This document shows positions 10,633-21,784 of a stretch of 41,567 bases of DNA, piece after piece. The position numbers and the translations under genes are program-made. The stretch's first letter is position 1; each line of letters opens with the position of its first letter. The notes beneath the pieces are model-generated. The model did no database searches and was not told the DNA's origin. It saw only the letters and a program-made list of their open reading frames with translations. This stretch comes from Betaproteobacteria bacterium (GTDB taxonomy: Bacteria > Pseudomonadota > Gammaproteobacteria > Burkholderiales > Burkholderiaceae_C), in the NCBI GenBank assembly GCA_009923345.1, contig RFTR01000001.1, forward strand, positions 1-41,567, given 5' to 3'.

Positions 10633-11737
10633 ATGGAAGCAGAACGCATCAACCTCATTGGCACCACTTTGGCCGACCTCACAGTTCGTACGGTCGAACT
10701 TCGGGGGTATCTTTGACTTCGATGCCAAATCTGAGCGTTTAAGAACTGTCAACGCCTCGCTCGAAGACCCCAAAGTCTGGGACGACCCGAAAAAAGCCCA
10801 AGAACTCGGCCGTGAGAAGAAATTACTCGACGGCGTCGTTGTCACCCTCACGCGTCTGACCCAAGAACTCGCCGACAACACCGAACTATTTGAAATGAGC
10901 AAAGACGACGGTGATGACGAAGGCTTAGCCACTATTGAGGCAGACACCAAGTCATTGGTCAGCACCATCGAAGACCTCGAATTCCGCCGCATGTTCAGCC
11001 AAGAGGCGGATCCGTGCAATGCCTTCCTCGATATCCAAGCAGGCGCGGGCGGCACCGAAGCCTGTGACTGGGCCAGCATGCTGTTGCGCCAGTATTTGAA
11101 ATATGCCGAACGCAAAGGTTTCAAAACCACGGTGGAAGACGAATCCGCCGGGGACGTAGCGGGCATCAAAGGCGCGACCATCAAAATCGAGGGCGAATAC
11201 GCGTTTGGCTTGTTACGCACCGAAACCGGCGTACACCGTTTGGTGCGCAAATCACCCTTCGACAGCTCGGGCGGTCGCCACACCAGTTTTGCGAGCGTGT
11301 TTGTCTACCCCGAGATCGATGACTCGATCGAAATCGACATCAACCCCGCCGACGTACGCACCGACACCTTCCGCGCAAGCGGCGCGGGCGGTCAGCACAT
11401 CAACAAAACCGACTCGGCTGTGCGTTTAACGCACATCCCTACGGGCATCGTCGTGCAGTGCCAAGACGGTCGCAGCCAGCACAGCAACAAAGATGTGGCC
11501 TGGAAGCGCTTGCGCTCGCGCTTGTACGACTTCGAGATGCGCAAACGCCAAGAGGCGCAACAAAAACTCGAAGACACCAAAACCGATGTCGGTTGGGGCC
11601 ACCAGATCCGTAGCTACGTGTTGGACAACAGCCGCATCAAAGATTTGCGCACCAACGTGGAAATATCCAACACGCAAAAGGTTTTGGATGGCGACTTAGA
11701 CGCCTTCATCGAAGCTTCTCTCAAACAAGGTGTGTAG
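10633..11737 (+). CDS. prfB: Peptide chain release factor 2 (programmed +1 frameshift)
   Basis: [27 protein letters not shown] stops at TGA 10714-10716; the +1 frame continues DFDAKSERL... and contains SPF (RF2 specificity) and GGQ. Confidence 0.97.
10702..10717 (+). promoter_or_regulatory. RF2 +1 frameshift cassette
   Basis: CGGGGG-TAT-CTT-TGA-C: internal SD-like run, 3-nt spacer, CTT TGA C slippery stop. Confidence 0.95.
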
Positions 11738-11782
11738 ACATATCCGTCTGCATGCCATTGACAACACCTAGGAAACACAGCC

Positions 11783-14476
11783 ATGTACCGTGAAGGCACT
11801 GCCCCCTTGATCCAACGCGCAGACTACACCGCACCCGCGTTTTGGATAGACAGCGTCGATCTAACGTTTGACCTAGACCCCGCCAAAACCCGCGTGCTCA
11901 ACAAAATGGTGTTGCGTCGCAATTCAGCTGTTCCCGCACAAGCCTTGCGATTGGACGGTGACGGTCTTAACCTCTCGCGCGTCTTGGTCAACGGCCAAGG
12001 CACCTCGTTCAAGATGGACGGTGACAAATTGGTGCTGGAAAATTTGCCCGAAGGTGATGCACCCATTCACTTGGAAATCTTCACCACCTGTTTTCCGATC
12101 AAAAACACTGCGTTGACCGGTTTGTATGTGAGCAATGACTCCTTCTTCACCCAATGTGAAGCAGAAGGCTTTCGACGCATCACCTACTTTCTAGACCGTC
12201 CCGATGTCATGTCTAGTTACAGCGTCACGCTGCGGGCAGACAAAAAGGCTTACCCCGTTTTGTTGAGCAACGGGAACTTGTTGGAAACTGGTGATTTAGA
12301 AGAAGGCCGTCACTTTGCTAGATGGGTCGACCCACATAAAAAACCTTGCTACCTCTTCGCGTTGGTCGCAGGGCAGTTGGTATGCCGCGAACAACGTATC
12401 AAAGCCCCTTCTGGCAAAGAACATCTGTTGCAGGTCTATGTGCGTCCAGGTGATCTCGACAAAACCGAGCATGCGATGAATTCCTTGATGGCCAGCGTGG
12501 CGTGGGACGAGCACCGTTTTGGTTTGAGCTTGGACCTGGAGCGTTTCATGATCGTGGCGACCAGCGACTTCAATATGGGTGCGATGGAAAACAAGGGCTT
12601 GAATATTTTCAACACCAAGTTTGTCTTGGCCAATTCGTCCACAGCAACCGACACAGACTACGCCAATATCGAAAGCGTCGTCGGCCACGAGTATTTCCAT
12701 AACTGGACTGGCAACCGCATCACTTGCCGCGACTGGTTTCAACTCTCGCTCAAAGAAGGCTTGACCGTTTTCCGCGACCAAGAGTTCAGTCAAGATCTCG
12801 CGGCGCAAGCGCTTAAAGATAACCCTATCGCTGCGGCTTCTGCCAAAGCCGTCAAACGCATTGAAGACGTTCGCTTGTTGCGCACCGTGCAATTTGCCGA
12901 AGACGCAGGCCCGATGGCGCATCCGGTGCGGCCTGACAGCTATGTAGAAATCAACAACTTCTACACCGTCACCATTTATGAAAAAGGCGCTGAAGTAGTG
13001 CGCATGATGCAAACGCTCACCAGCAGAGAAGGTTTTGCCAAAGGCATGGCGCTTTACTTTGAACGCCATGATGGCCAAGCCGTCACCTGCGATGACTTCG
13101 CACAGTGCATTGCGGACGCTAATCCAGGCTCTGCGCTTGCCCAACACCTTGACCCATTCAAACGCTGGTATTCCCAAGCGGGCACACCACGGGTCAAAGC
13201 TTCTGGGGTATTTGATGCGGCCAGCAAACGCTACATGCTCACACTTAGCCAAAGCTGCGAACCTAGCGTAGGCCAAGCTTCAAAAGAGCCTTTTGTTGTT
13301 CCCATCAGCTTTGGTTTGCTAACTGCCGATGGTCGCGAGATCTTGACAACGCAATTACTAGTTCTCACGCAAGCCTCACAAACTTTTGCATTCGATGATC
13401 TAGACATCCATGACGGTCAAACGCCCGTGCCATCCCTATTGCGCGAATTCAGCGCACCTGTTGTGTTGGATTTAGACGTTACAACTGCGCAACGCTTAGT
13501 ACAACTTGCGCATGACACCGACCCCTTCAACCAATGGGAGGCCGCACAACAACTTTGCTTGCAAGCTGCGCTTAAAGCCATTGCATCGGACGAAACAACC
13601 ACTGAGGTCTTACGCCCAGAGTTGTTAAACGCTTTATCTCTGGTGCTCAAACACCCCACCCTAGACGCCGCGTTCAAAGAACTGGTGCTCACCTTGCCTT
13701 CTGAGACTTATCTATCTGAGCAACTCAGCGTAGTCGACCCACAACGCGTGCATGCTGTGCGCGAAGCCATGCGTTTGCAATTGGCAAGCGCCTTGCATGC
13801 CGATTGGGTGTGGGCGTTTGATGCACATCGTGACAACGGTATTTACCAGCCTGACCCTGTCTCTAGTGGCCGCCGTGCCCTCAGCGGCTTAGCCTTGACC
13901 ATGTTGTGCTTGCATGGCGTACAAACAAATGACAACACCTGGGCGCACAAAGCACTTTTGCATTTCACCAAAGCTGGCAACATGACCGATCGTTTTAATG
14001 CACTCAGTGCATTGGTGCAGTCAGGCCATACCTTGGCGAGTGAAGCCTTGACCATTTTCTACAAAATGTTTGCGGCTGAACCATTGGTCATCGATAAGTG
14101 GTTTGCTCTACAAGCGGGCGCTAGTGACCGTGGCGGCCATATCTTGCCTATCGTGCGTCAGTTATTGCAACACCCAGACTTCTCCATCAAAAACCCGAAT
14201 CGTGCACGCAGTCTCATCTTTAGTTATTGCAGTGCCAATCCTGGCGCTTTTCATCGCAGCGATGCAGCCGGCTATGTGTTTTGGAGCGACCGCGTTTTAG
14301 AAATGGATGCCATCAACCCACAAGTCGCTGCGCGTTTAGCGCGTGCGCTCGACCGTTGGAGCCATTTGGCAGAACCTTATCGCTCTGCTGCCAAAGTGGC
14401 GATTGAGCGGGTCGCCGCCAAGCCCGATTTAAGTAACGATGTGCGTGAGGTGGTTTCGCGCGCACTTTCCCATTAA
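11783..14476 (+). CDS. pepN: Aminopeptidase N (M1)
   Basis: [22 protein letters not shown]...E zinc motif, NPNRARSL. Confidence 0.97.
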   Translation: MYREGTAPLIQRADYTAPAFWIDSVDLTFDLDPAKTRVLNKMVLRRNSAVPAQALRLDGDGLNLSRVLVNGQGTSFKMDGDKLVLENLPEGDAPIHLEIFTTCFPIKNTALTGLYVSNDSFFTQCEAEGFRRITYFLDRPDVMSSYSVTLRADKKAYPVLLSNGNLLETGDLEEGRHFARWVDPHKKPCYLFALVAGQLVCREQRIKAPSGKEHLLQVYVRPGDLDKTEHAMNSLMASVAWDEHRFGLSLDLERFMIVATSDFNMGAMENKGLNIFNTKFVLANSSTATDTDYANIESVVGHEYFHNWTGNRITCRDWFQLSLKEGLTVFRDQEFSQDLAAQALKDNPIAAASAKAVKRIEDVRLLRTVQFAEDAGPMAHPVRPDSYVEINNFYTVTIYEKGAEVVRMMQTLTSREGFAKGMALYFERHDGQAVTCDDFAQCIADANPGSALAQHLDPFKRWYSQAGTPRVKASGVFDAASKRYMLTLSQSCEPSVGQASKEPFVVPISFGLLTADGREILTTQLLVLTQASQTFAFDDLDIHDGQTPVPSLLREFSAPVVLDLDVTTAQRLVQLAHDTDPFNQWEAAQQLCLQAALKAIASDETTTEVLRPELLNALSLVLKHPTLDAAFKELVLTLPSETYLSEQLSVVDPQRVHAVREAMRLQLASALHADWVWAFDAHRDNGIYQPDPVSSGRRALSGLALTMLCLHGVQTNDNTWAHKALLHFTKAGNMTDRFNALSALVQSGHTLASEALTIFYKMFAAEPLVIDKWFALQAGASDRGGHILPIVRQLLQHPDFSIKNPNRARSLIFSYCSANPGAFHRSDAAGYVFWSDRVLEMDAINPQVAARLARALDRWSHLAEPYRSAAKVAIERVAAKPDLSNDVREVVSRALSH

Positions 14477-14493
14477 GACGCGAAGGACACACG

Positions 14494-15507
14494 ATGAGTA
14501 TTTCTCTCACCCGCTATTTGGTCGAAGAGCAACGCGCCAAAGGCCGCATTCCTTCTGAACTGCGTTTGTTACTAGAAGTCGTGGCACGCGCATGTAAAAG
14601 CATCAGCCATGCGGTGAACAAAGGCGCCTTGGGTAGCGAATTGGGCGATGTCATGGGTTCTGCCGGCATCGAAAACGTGCAAGGTGAAGTCCAGAAAAAA
14701 CTCGACATCATCGCCAACGATGTGCTGATTGAAGCGAATGAATGGGGCGGCCACTTGGCCGCTATGGCATCTGAAGAGATGGACAGTATCCACGTGGTGC
14801 CAAATCGTTATCCGCAAGGCGAATACCTGTTGATGTTTGATCCACTAGATGGTTCTAGCAACATAGAAGTCAACGTCAGCATCGGCACCATATTCAGTGT
14901 TCTGAAAAAAGTGAGCAATAACGCGGCTGTAACAGAACAAGACTTTTTACAACCGGGTACCCAACAAGTTGCTGCGGGTTATTGCGTGTATGGCCCGCAA
15001 ACTACGCTAGTCTTAACAGTGGGAGATGGCGTTGCAATGTTCACATTGGACCGCGAGCAAGGCTCTTTTGTTCTCACCCAAGAAAATGTAAAGGTCCCAG
15101 AAGACACCAAAGAGTTCGCCATCAACATGAGCAATATGCGCCATTGGGATGCACCAGTTAAACGCTATGTGGATGAATGTCTTGCAGGCAAAGAAGGCCC
15201 GCGCGGCAAAGACTTCAATATGCGCTGGATAGCCTCGATGGTGGCCGATGTGCATCGCATCTTGACCCGTGGCGGAATTTTCATGTACCCGTGGGATAAA
15301 CGCGAACCTGAAAAACCTGGGAAGTTACGTTTGATGTATGAAGCCAACCCTATGAGTTGGTTGATTGAGCAAGCCGGCGGGGCTGCCACCAACGGCAATC
15401 AACGTATTTTGGATCTTGAGCCCAAGCAACTGCATCAACGTGTAAGTGTAATTTTGGGGTCTAAGAATGAGGTGGAGCGGGTGACCAAATATCACGTCAC
15501 TCCTTAA
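14494..15507 (+). CDS. fbp: Class 1 fructose-1,6-bisphosphatase
   Basis: [29 protein letters not shown]; AAGGA SD. Confidence 0.97.
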   Translation: MSISLTRYLVEEQRAKGRIPSELRLLLEVVARACKSISHAVNKGALGSELGDVMGSAGIENVQGEVQKKLDIIANDVLIEANEWGGHLAAMASEEMDSIHVVPNRYPQGEYLLMFDPLDGSSNIEVNVSIGTIFSVLKKVSNNAAVTEQDFLQPGTQQVAAGYCVYGPQTTLVLTVGDGVAMFTLDREQGSFVLTQENVKVPEDTKEFAINMSNMRHWDAPVKRYVDECLAGKEGPRGKDFNMRWIASMVADVHRILTRGGIFMYPWDKREPEKPGKLRLMYEANPMSWLIEQAGGAATNGNQRILDLEPKQLHQRVSVILGSKNEVERVTKYHVTP

Positions 15508-15522
15508 TTTTTTTAACAAACT

Positions 15523-15560
15523 AAAAAATGCCAGACGCACCAATGCGGTCTGGCATTTTT
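15523..15560 (+). terminator. Intrinsic terminator after fbp (potentially bidirectional)
   Basis: AAAAATGCCAGAC-GCA-cca-a-TGC-G-GTCTGGCATTTTT hairpin with T-run. Confidence 0.85.
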
Positions 15561-15778
15561 ATTTTGTGAATTAAAAAATTCAACCCGTTGCTCGAATTTG
15601 AGTGCAACTTGCTGACTTTTGAATTCCAAGCGCACCCATTACGACAGGCTGTACTAGATGATTGACAGCTAGGAAATTAACAATAAAAGGTTAATTTAAC
15701 TCCAAAAACAAATAGGCATATGAAATTTATACTTAAAACGTATATACTTTGTTTATATCTTGTTTATGGAGTTTGACC

Positions 15779-16072
15779 ATGTCGAAGGAAGCAGTATTTA
15801 CTATGAAATTAGAAGCCCAACTACGCGATGCATTCATGGCCGAGGCAGAAGCCAGTCATCGGCCTGCCTCTCAAATCATGCGCGAACTCATGCGCGATTT
15901 TGTTCAACGCCAAAAACAAGCAAGAGACTACGACGCATTTTTGAACAGCAAGGTTGCCCAAGCACGTGCCCAAATTGATGCAGGCAATTACGCGAGCGCT
16001 GAAGAGGTAGAGCTGCGTTTTGCTGCGCGTCGTGCACAACTGGAGGCAAAGGTTGACAGTCCACATCCATGA
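15779..16072 (+). CDS. Ribbon-helix-helix antitoxin of type II TA pair
   Basis: VFTMKLEAQLRDAF...ASQIMRELMRDFV RHH pattern; GGAG SD; ATGA overlap with toxin. Confidence 0.82.
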   Translation: MSKEAVFTMKLEAQLRDAFMAEAEASHRPASQIMRELMRDFVQRQKQARDYDAFLNSKVAQARAQIDAGNYASAEEVELRFAARRAQLEAKVDSPHP

Positions 16073-16356
16073 AAGTAATTTGGGCATCTGCAGCAGAACA
16101 AGATCGTGCAGACATTATTGAATTCATAAGTCTAGACAATCCAATTGCGGCCATCATGATAGATGAACTGTTTGCTGAAGTCGCATTGCGATTAGAACAA
16201 CACCCACTACTCGGCAGACCTGGTCGGATATCGGGAACGCGAGAACTTATCCCGCATGCAAACTATCGCCTGATTTATGAAGTGCAAGATAACCAAATAA
16301 GAATCTTGGCATTAGTTCATACAGCACGTTTGTGGCCGCTTCCAAAGCACTTATGA
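16069..16356 (+). CDS. RelE/ParE family toxin
   Basis: MKVIWASAAEQDRADIIEFI..DNP.AA, HPLLGRPGRISGTREL, YRLIYEV, ILALVHTAR. Confidence 0.9.
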   Translation: MKVIWASAAEQDRADIIEFISLDNPIAAIMIDELFAEVALRLEQHPLLGRPGRISGTRELIPHANYRLIYEVQDNQIRILALVHTARLWPLPKHL

Positions 16357-16366
16357 CATTAATGCC

Positions 16367-16600
16367 TTACACCCCGATATAGCATTGCCACAAAGCGCGA
16401 TCAGCCTCTAGTGCCTCTGTGAGCCACCCTGCCACACCACCTTACCGCGCTCAATGATGGTGTGTTGGTCTGCCAGTTGCACGAGTTTTTGTACATATTT
16501 ATCGATCACCAAAATACTTTGACCCTCTGCGCACAAAGCATGCAGACAGCGCCAAATGTCCTCACGTACTAAAGGAGCGAGCCCCTCAGTGGCTTCTTCG
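16367..16600 (-). pseudogene. 3' remnant of LivF-like ABC ATPase
   Basis: EATEGLAPLVREDIW...SILVIDKYV...ADQHTIIERGKVVWQG, then a frameshift into EALEADRALWQCYIGV*; no Walker A or signature motif upstream. Confidence 0.82.
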
Positions 16601-16725
16601 TGATAGCAACATCTGTTTGAACAGTTGAAATGGTTCTTAAAGCGCCCAAACACAGTGATAGACATGTTTTTCTCAAGGGATGCTGAGATTTCCCGACAAA
16701 AGGTTTCACTCTATGATTCTTCCCC

Positions 16726-17466
16726 ATGAAACTTTTAATTTGGCCCATTCCTGCTCTGCTTGCTTGGGGTTCTTCTTGGCTCATTTTTGCGGTATTGAAG
16801 CATATAGGCGCTCCTGAGTGGGTGGGACTAACTGTTGCGACTTTTTGGGGAGGGGTATTGACTTCACTTGCTACCACCAAAATGCGCCGTATTTTGATCT
16901 TGGTGGGTTTTCCCTTGTCGATGTGGGCCGCTTCTGGCGCACTCACTATGCCTCCTATAGGTTGGTTGCTATTGCTGGGATTAATTGTGGTGATTTATCC
17001 GCGCAAAGCATGGAAAGATGCGCCGCTCTTTCCAACACCACGCAAAGCATTGCGCCAATTGCCTGAACACATCACCTTGCTGGGTGGTGCGCGAATCTTG
17101 GATGCTGGTAGTGGCTTAGGAGACGGCTTGATCGCTCTGCGTGATGCCTATCCTCGTGCAGATTTAAATGGTGTTGAGATGAGCTGGCCATTGCGCATCA
17201 TCAGTGCCATCCGTTGTTCGTTTGCCACGATTCGCCAAGGCGATATCTGGATGGTCGACTGGCGCGGTTACGACATGGTCTATATGTTCCAACGCCCCGA
17301 GAGCATGCCACGTGCTATTGAAAAAGCTGAAGCCGAGATGCGACGCGGCGCTTGGCTGGTCAGTTTGGAATTTGAGGCAATTGGTATCGTTCCTTCTGCC
17401 ATTATTTATGGGAAAGACTCTCGTCCTATTTGGGTGTACCAACTGCCTTTTCAGCGACGCGGCTAA
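16726..17466 (+). CDS. Membrane-anchored class I SAM-dependent methyltransferase
   Basis: About 90 hydrophobic N-terminal residues, then ILDAGSGLG motif I, GVE, GDIW, YDMVYMF. Confidence 0.85.
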   Translation: MKLLIWPIPALLAWGSSWLIFAVLKHIGAPEWVGLTVATFWGGVLTSLATTKMRRILILVGFPLSMWAASGALTMPPIGWLLLLGLIVVIYPRKAWKDAPLFPTPRKALRQLPEHITLLGGARILDAGSGLGDGLIALRDAYPRADLNGVEMSWPLRIISAIRCSFATIRQGDIWMVDWRGYDMVYMFQRPESMPRAIEKAEAEMRRGAWLVSLEFEAIGIVPSAIIYGKDSRPIWVYQLPFQRRG

Positions 17467-18751
17467 CCAACACCTTGTCAATCCGTCGTCCGTCTAAGTC
17501 AACAACCTCTATTTTCCATTCACCAAAGTCAAAGCACTCTGTTACTGTCGGCATATGGCCCGCAATGGCCATCACCAAGCCAGCGACGGTGTTGTAAATA
17601 CCTCGGTCTTCGTCTGGTAGTTCCAGTATTTGCAAACGTGCTTTGAATTCACCCACAGGCATCAGGCCATCAACCAACCAACTGCCATCGGGTCTTGGCA
17701 CAGCCCAAGCATCTTCGGACGAAGTGGCTTGAAGCAACTCTCCCGTAATAGCCTCTAATAAATCACGTGGCGTCATCAAGCCCTGCACTACCCCGTATTC
17801 ATCCACCACCAACACCATACGGCCATGCGCTGTTGCGCGCTCAACGGGTCTTCTGAACTGCTCAAGCAAATCTAAACCACTCAAGGTTTCTGGGACAAAC
17901 GCCACTGGTTGCGCCAAAGTTTCAATGGTGATTTGTGAGTTAGGGGGTACGCGCAAAAGTTGAGAAACGCTCACTGCCCCCACCACATCGTCTAACCCGT
18001 CACGGCAAACCGGGTACCAAGAATGCGCGCCAATGGCACCTACTTCTGCCAAAGCCTGTGGCACGGAAGTCTTGGCGTCTAACCACTCAATGTCGGAGCG
18101 TGGAACCATGATGGACGTCAACGGTCGCTCGTCTAAGTTGAAAACGTTTTGCACCATTTGGTGTTCGTGCGCTTCAATCACGCCTGCGTCTACACCTTCT
18201 ACCAAGCTCGCACTAATTTCTTCTTCGGTCACAGATCGTAAACCCCGAGTGTCAATATGGAGCCATTTCAATATCGCACTCGTACTGCTGGATAAAAAGA
18301 ACACCACAGGCTTTGCCATAGTAGCGAGCGCCAACATTAAAGGCGCAGTTAAACGTGCTACAGATTCTGGATACAACTGTCCAATCCGTTTAGGCACCAA
18401 TTCGCCAAACAAAATCGTGCTCAAGGTAATCAAGGACACTACACACGCAGTGGCAAGGCCTTCGGCAAATCGATCTGCTACGCCTTGCGCCATCAACCAA
18501 CGGGATAAATTCAAACTGAATGCAGCCTCACCCACTATACCGTTGAGTACGCCAATCGAGGTAATACCAATTTGTACTGTCGATAAAAACTGTGTGGGCT
18601 GTGCCAGCAAGCGCAAAGCGGCACGTGCGCCTGGGTCTCCTTCTGCCTCAAGCGCCACCAAGCGCGGCTTGCGGCACGATGCCAGGGCCATTTCGGACAT
18701 CGCAAACATGCCGTTGAACAGCGTAAGAAGAAAAATAATAAAGATATCCAT
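17426..18751 (-). CDS. Hemolysin-family (HlyC/CorC; DUF21-CBS-CorC) protein
   Basis: NGMFAMSEMAL, FLSTVQIGIT, GELVPKRIG, MVPRSDI, VVDEYG, DGRRIDKV. Confidence 0.93.
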   Translation of the reverse strand: MDIFIIFLLTLFNGMFAMSEMALASCRKPRLVALEAEGDPGARAALRLLAQPTQFLSTVQIGITSIGVLNGIVGEAAFSLNLSRWLMAQGVADRFAEGLATACVVSLITLSTILFGELVPKRIGQLYPESVARLTAPLMLALATMAKPVVFFLSSSTSAILKWLHIDTRGLRSVTEEEISASLVEGVDAGVIEAHEHQMVQNVFNLDERPLTSIMVPRSDIEWLDAKTSVPQALAEVGAIGAHSWYPVCRDGLDDVVGAVSVSQLLRVPPNSQITIETLAQPVAFVPETLSGLDLLEQFRRPVERATAHGRMVLVVDEYGVVQGLMTPRDLLEAITGELLQATSSEDAWAVPRPDGSWLVDGLMPVGEFKARLQILELPDEDRGIYNTVAGLVMAIAGHMPTVTECFDFGEWKIEVVDLDGRRIDKVLVSRVAEKAVGTPK

Positions 18752-18791
18752 GGGTACCAGACTAACGCATTGGGTTTGAGACAATCAGAAT

Positions 18792-19637
18792 ATGGCACTT
18801 TACTTGATTGGTGACGTACAGGGTTGTGATGCAGCTTTGGTACGTTTGTTGCAACAAATCGACTTTTCTCCCAGTCGCGATACGCTTTATATGTTGGGCG
18901 ACATGGTGAATCGGGGGCCACAGAATGCAGACGTATTGCGAAGACTCTTGGGCTTTGGTAGCAGCGCACAGTGTGTGCTTGGTAACCACGATCTCCATTT
19001 ATTGGCCGTATCGTTTGGTGCACGAAAACTCAACGCATCAGACACCATCCAAGATATTTTGAATGCGCCTGACCGTGAAGCGCTCTTGTATTGGTTACGC
19101 CATCAAAACATGGCGATGCACGTCGGCAATGTTTTGATGGTGCATGCTGGGGTATTGCCGCAATGGACAACTGAAAAAACCTTGGCCCTTGCTGGCGAAG
19201 TGGAATCGATATTACGCAGTGATGCACTAGGCGACTTCATCGTCCATATGTATGGCGGCATGCCGAATCAATGGCATGACGCTTTGATAGGGCATGACCG
19301 ATTACGCGTCATCGTCAATGCATTCACCCGCATGCGCTACTGCAATGCGCAAGGAGCGATGGATTTCTTTTACAAAAAAGCCCCAGAAAATGCCCCTCAA
19401 GGATTAATGCCTTGGTTTGATCTTCCCAACCGTTTGACCCAGGACACCGTGATTGCATTTGGCCATTGGTCAACACTCCAATTACTGCCGCGTGCAGACG
19501 TGGTATGTTTGGATGACGGATGTTTATGGGGAGGTTGCTTAAGTGCGCTAAAGCTAGATGATGTACTGATTAAAGATGCACGGCTCGCAGAGCGCGTGCA
19601 AGTTAAATGTCCGCAGTCTCAAGATCCCTTGAAATAA
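18792..19637 (+). CDS. apaH: Symmetrical diadenosine tetraphosphatase
   Basis: IGDVQGC, GDMVNRGP, LGNHDLHLL, VHAGVLPQW, FGHWS, LDDGCLWGG. Confidence 0.95.
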   Translation: MALYLIGDVQGCDAALVRLLQQIDFSPSRDTLYMLGDMVNRGPQNADVLRRLLGFGSSAQCVLGNHDLHLLAVSFGARKLNASDTIQDILNAPDREALLYWLRHQNMAMHVGNVLMVHAGVLPQWTTEKTLALAGEVESILRSDALGDFIVHMYGGMPNQWHDALIGHDRLRVIVNAFTRMRYCNAQGAMDFFYKKAPENAPQGLMPWFDLPNRLTQDTVIAFGHWSTLQLLPRADVVCLDDGCLWGGCLSALKLDDVLIKDARLAERVQVKCPQSQDPLK

Positions 19638-19699
19638 ATGGATCTTGGGTTAGCGTTTAGGGTAATGTGCAAGAAAACTTCGACCTGCAACCAACCCAT

Positions 19700-21115
19700 T
19701 TAAGCCGTTGTTTTAAAAAGCGCCGCCACATTGCGCTTTGGTTTGATATTGGGTGATTTACGTAATGGGTCTGGGGCAGCCGCTGGCTTAACAGAATCAG
19801 CTGAGGGCTCTTCGTAAGGCTGGTCAAAAAACGGGTCTTGTTGAACACGGGGTGAGCTGGCGTAGTGGCTGCGCGAACGGTTTTGTGCATCGCGAGGCTC
19901 GTCTATGACGTCGCGGGGATCATCGTCACCCCAAGCGCGGCGCCCAGTATTGATGCGTCCACGCGGTCTATCTTCTTCAAACTCAACAGCCTCAAGTTCA
20001 ATTTTTGTTTTAAGCAGCTTTTCAATGTCCATCACCAAACGTTGGTCACTCGCAGACACAAAGCTAATCGACTGCCCTTGTGCACCAGCACGTCCAGTAC
20101 GTCCAATGCGGTGCACATAGTCTTCGGCATTGAATGGAATATCAAAGTTAAACACGGCAGGCACGTCTTTGATGTCCAAACCGCGTGCTGCCACGTCGGT
20201 GCACACTAATAAATCCACTTGGCCTTGCTTGAAAGCTTCCAGAGCCTTAAGGCGTTCATCTTGGCTTTTGTCACCATGTAGAGCAGAAGTACGCAAACCA
20301 TCGCGCTCAAGCGAACGGGCTAAGCGCGCACTACCCAACTTGCTATTACAAAAAACAAAAGCTTGGGTAATGCCTTTGCTCTTAACCAATTGGCGCAAAG
20401 CACGGTATTTGTCATCCACACTGACGCTGTAGAAATGTTGCTCAATTGTCGCAGCGGTCTCATTCGGACGCGCAACTTCAATCGTGACAGGGTTTTGCAA
20501 ATAGCTGTTAGCCAATCGTTTGATCTCAGGCGAAAACGTCGCAGAGAACAAAAGCGTTGTGCGCTGCTTAGGCAAGTGGCTCAAAATGCGTTGCAAGTCT
20601 GGCAAAAAGCCAATGTCGAGCATTCGGTCAGCTTCATCTAGCACCACATATTCGACTTGGTTGAGCACCACATTTTTAGCTTCAATATGGTCTAGCAAAC
20701 GTCCCGGCGTAGCTACCAATACTTCCACACCTTTTTTCAATTCAACCGTTTGTGGTTTCATGTCCATGCCACCAAACACCACGGCACTTCGCAACTGGGT
20801 GTATTGGGCGTAGGCCTTGACTTGCTGCGCGACCTGATCTGCTAACTCACGCGTAGGCAATAAAACCAAAGCACGCACCGGATGGCGCGCAGGTGAGGTA
20901 GAGCTGTTTTCGTGTTTGAGTAAACGTTGCAAAAGCGGTAAAGAGAATGCAGCTGTTTTACCAGTACCCGTTTGTGCAGCGCCCATCACGTCTTGCCCAG
21001 TCAAAACAACGGGAATCGCTTGGGCTTGGATAGGCGTCATGGACTCGTAGCCCATTTCAGAGACGGCACGTGCTAGCGCTGGGGCTAGCTGCAAATTAGA
21101 GAAGGAAGTAGTCAT
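19700..21115 (-). CDS. rhlE: DEAD-box RNA helicase (RhlE-like)
   Basis: Q motif TPIQ, AQTGTGKT, PTRELA, TPGRL, DEAD, SAT, HRIGRTGR. Confidence 0.9.
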   Translation of the reverse strand: MTTSFSNLQLAPALARAVSEMGYESMTPIQAQAIPVVLTGQDVMGAAQTGTGKTAAFSLPLLQRLLKHENSSTSPARHPVRALVLLPTRELADQVAQQVKAYAQYTQLRSAVVFGGMDMKPQTVELKKGVEVLVATPGRLLDHIEAKNVVLNQVEYVVLDEADRMLDIGFLPDLQRILSHLPKQRTTLLFSATFSPEIKRLANSYLQNPVTIEVARPNETAATIEQHFYSVSVDDKYRALRQLVKSKGITQAFVFCNSKLGSARLARSLERDGLRTSALHGDKSQDERLKALEAFKQGQVDLLVCTDVAARGLDIKDVPAVFNFDIPFNAEDYVHRIGRTGRAGAQGQSISFVSASDQRLVMDIEKLLKTKIELEAVEFEEDRPRGRINTGRRAWGDDDPRDVIDEPRDAQNRSRSHYASSPRVQQDPFFDQPYEEPSADSVKPAAAPDPLRKSPNIKPKRNVAALFKTTA

Positions 21116-21178
21116 TTAGAGCACTATTGTCGCACTCTGGGCTTGTGGGCTCTAAAAAAAGCCAGTAGCGGGAATAGA

Positions 21179-21748
21179 TTAGGTTTTAGGGAGTGTTACA
21201 CCCACTTGACCTTGGTACTTACCACCACGGTCTTTGTAGCTGGTCTCACACACCTCATCGCTCTCAAAAAAGAGCACCTGCGCGCATCCCTCACCCGCAT
21301 AAATCTTGGCGGGCAGAGGCGTAGTGTTACTGAACTCAAGCGTCACATAGCCTTCCCATTCTGGTTCGAACGGTGTCACGTTCACGATGATTCCGCATCG
21401 CGCATAGGTGCTCTTACCTAAACATACGGTCAGCACATTGCGTGGAATGCGAAAGTATTCGACGGTGCGCGCTAGCGCAAAACTGTTGGGTGGAATGATG
21501 CAGACATCGGAATGCATATCCACAAAACTGCGCTCGTCAAAATTTTTAGGATCGACCACCGTGCTGTAGATGTTGGTAAAGACCTTGAACTCAGGCGCAC
21601 ATCGGATGTCATATCCATAGCTACTAGTTCCGTAGCTAACGATTTTTTCACCAACCGCGTTGTAGCGAATTTGACCTGGTTCGAAGGGTTCGATCATGCC
21701 GTACTGCTCGGCCATACGCCGAATCCATTTGTCTGATTTGATACTCAT
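21179..21748 (-). CDS. dcd: dCTP deaminase
   Basis: [39 protein letters not shown]. Confidence 0.97.
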   Translation of the reverse strand: MSIKSDKWIRRMAEQYGMIEPFEPGQIRYNAVGEKIVSYGTSSYGYDIRCAPEFKVFTNIYSTVVDPKNFDERSFVDMHSDVCIIPPNSFALARTVEYFRIPRNVLTVCLGKSTYARCGIIVNVTPFEPEWEGYVTLEFSNTTPLPAKIYAGEGCAQVLFFESDEVCETSYKDRGGKYQGQVGVTLPKT

Positions 21749-21784
21749 AGGAGAGATTTTAAAGGTAGGCTTTGCCTATTAAGT

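Noticed and set aside
11758-11763. Perfect TTGACA -35 before pepN
   Set aside because: No -10 hexamer at about 17 bp spacing; the ATG begins there.
12296-13276. 326-aa antisense ORF in pepN (likewise 10597-11283, 18033-18779, 32738-33514)
   Set aside because: All lie wholly opposite well-supported genes, show no recognisable motifs, and are expected from codon bias.
15565-15720. Possible small ORF or sRNA upstream of the first TA pair
   Set aside because: Only very short frames with no SD or motif, and no convincing structure.
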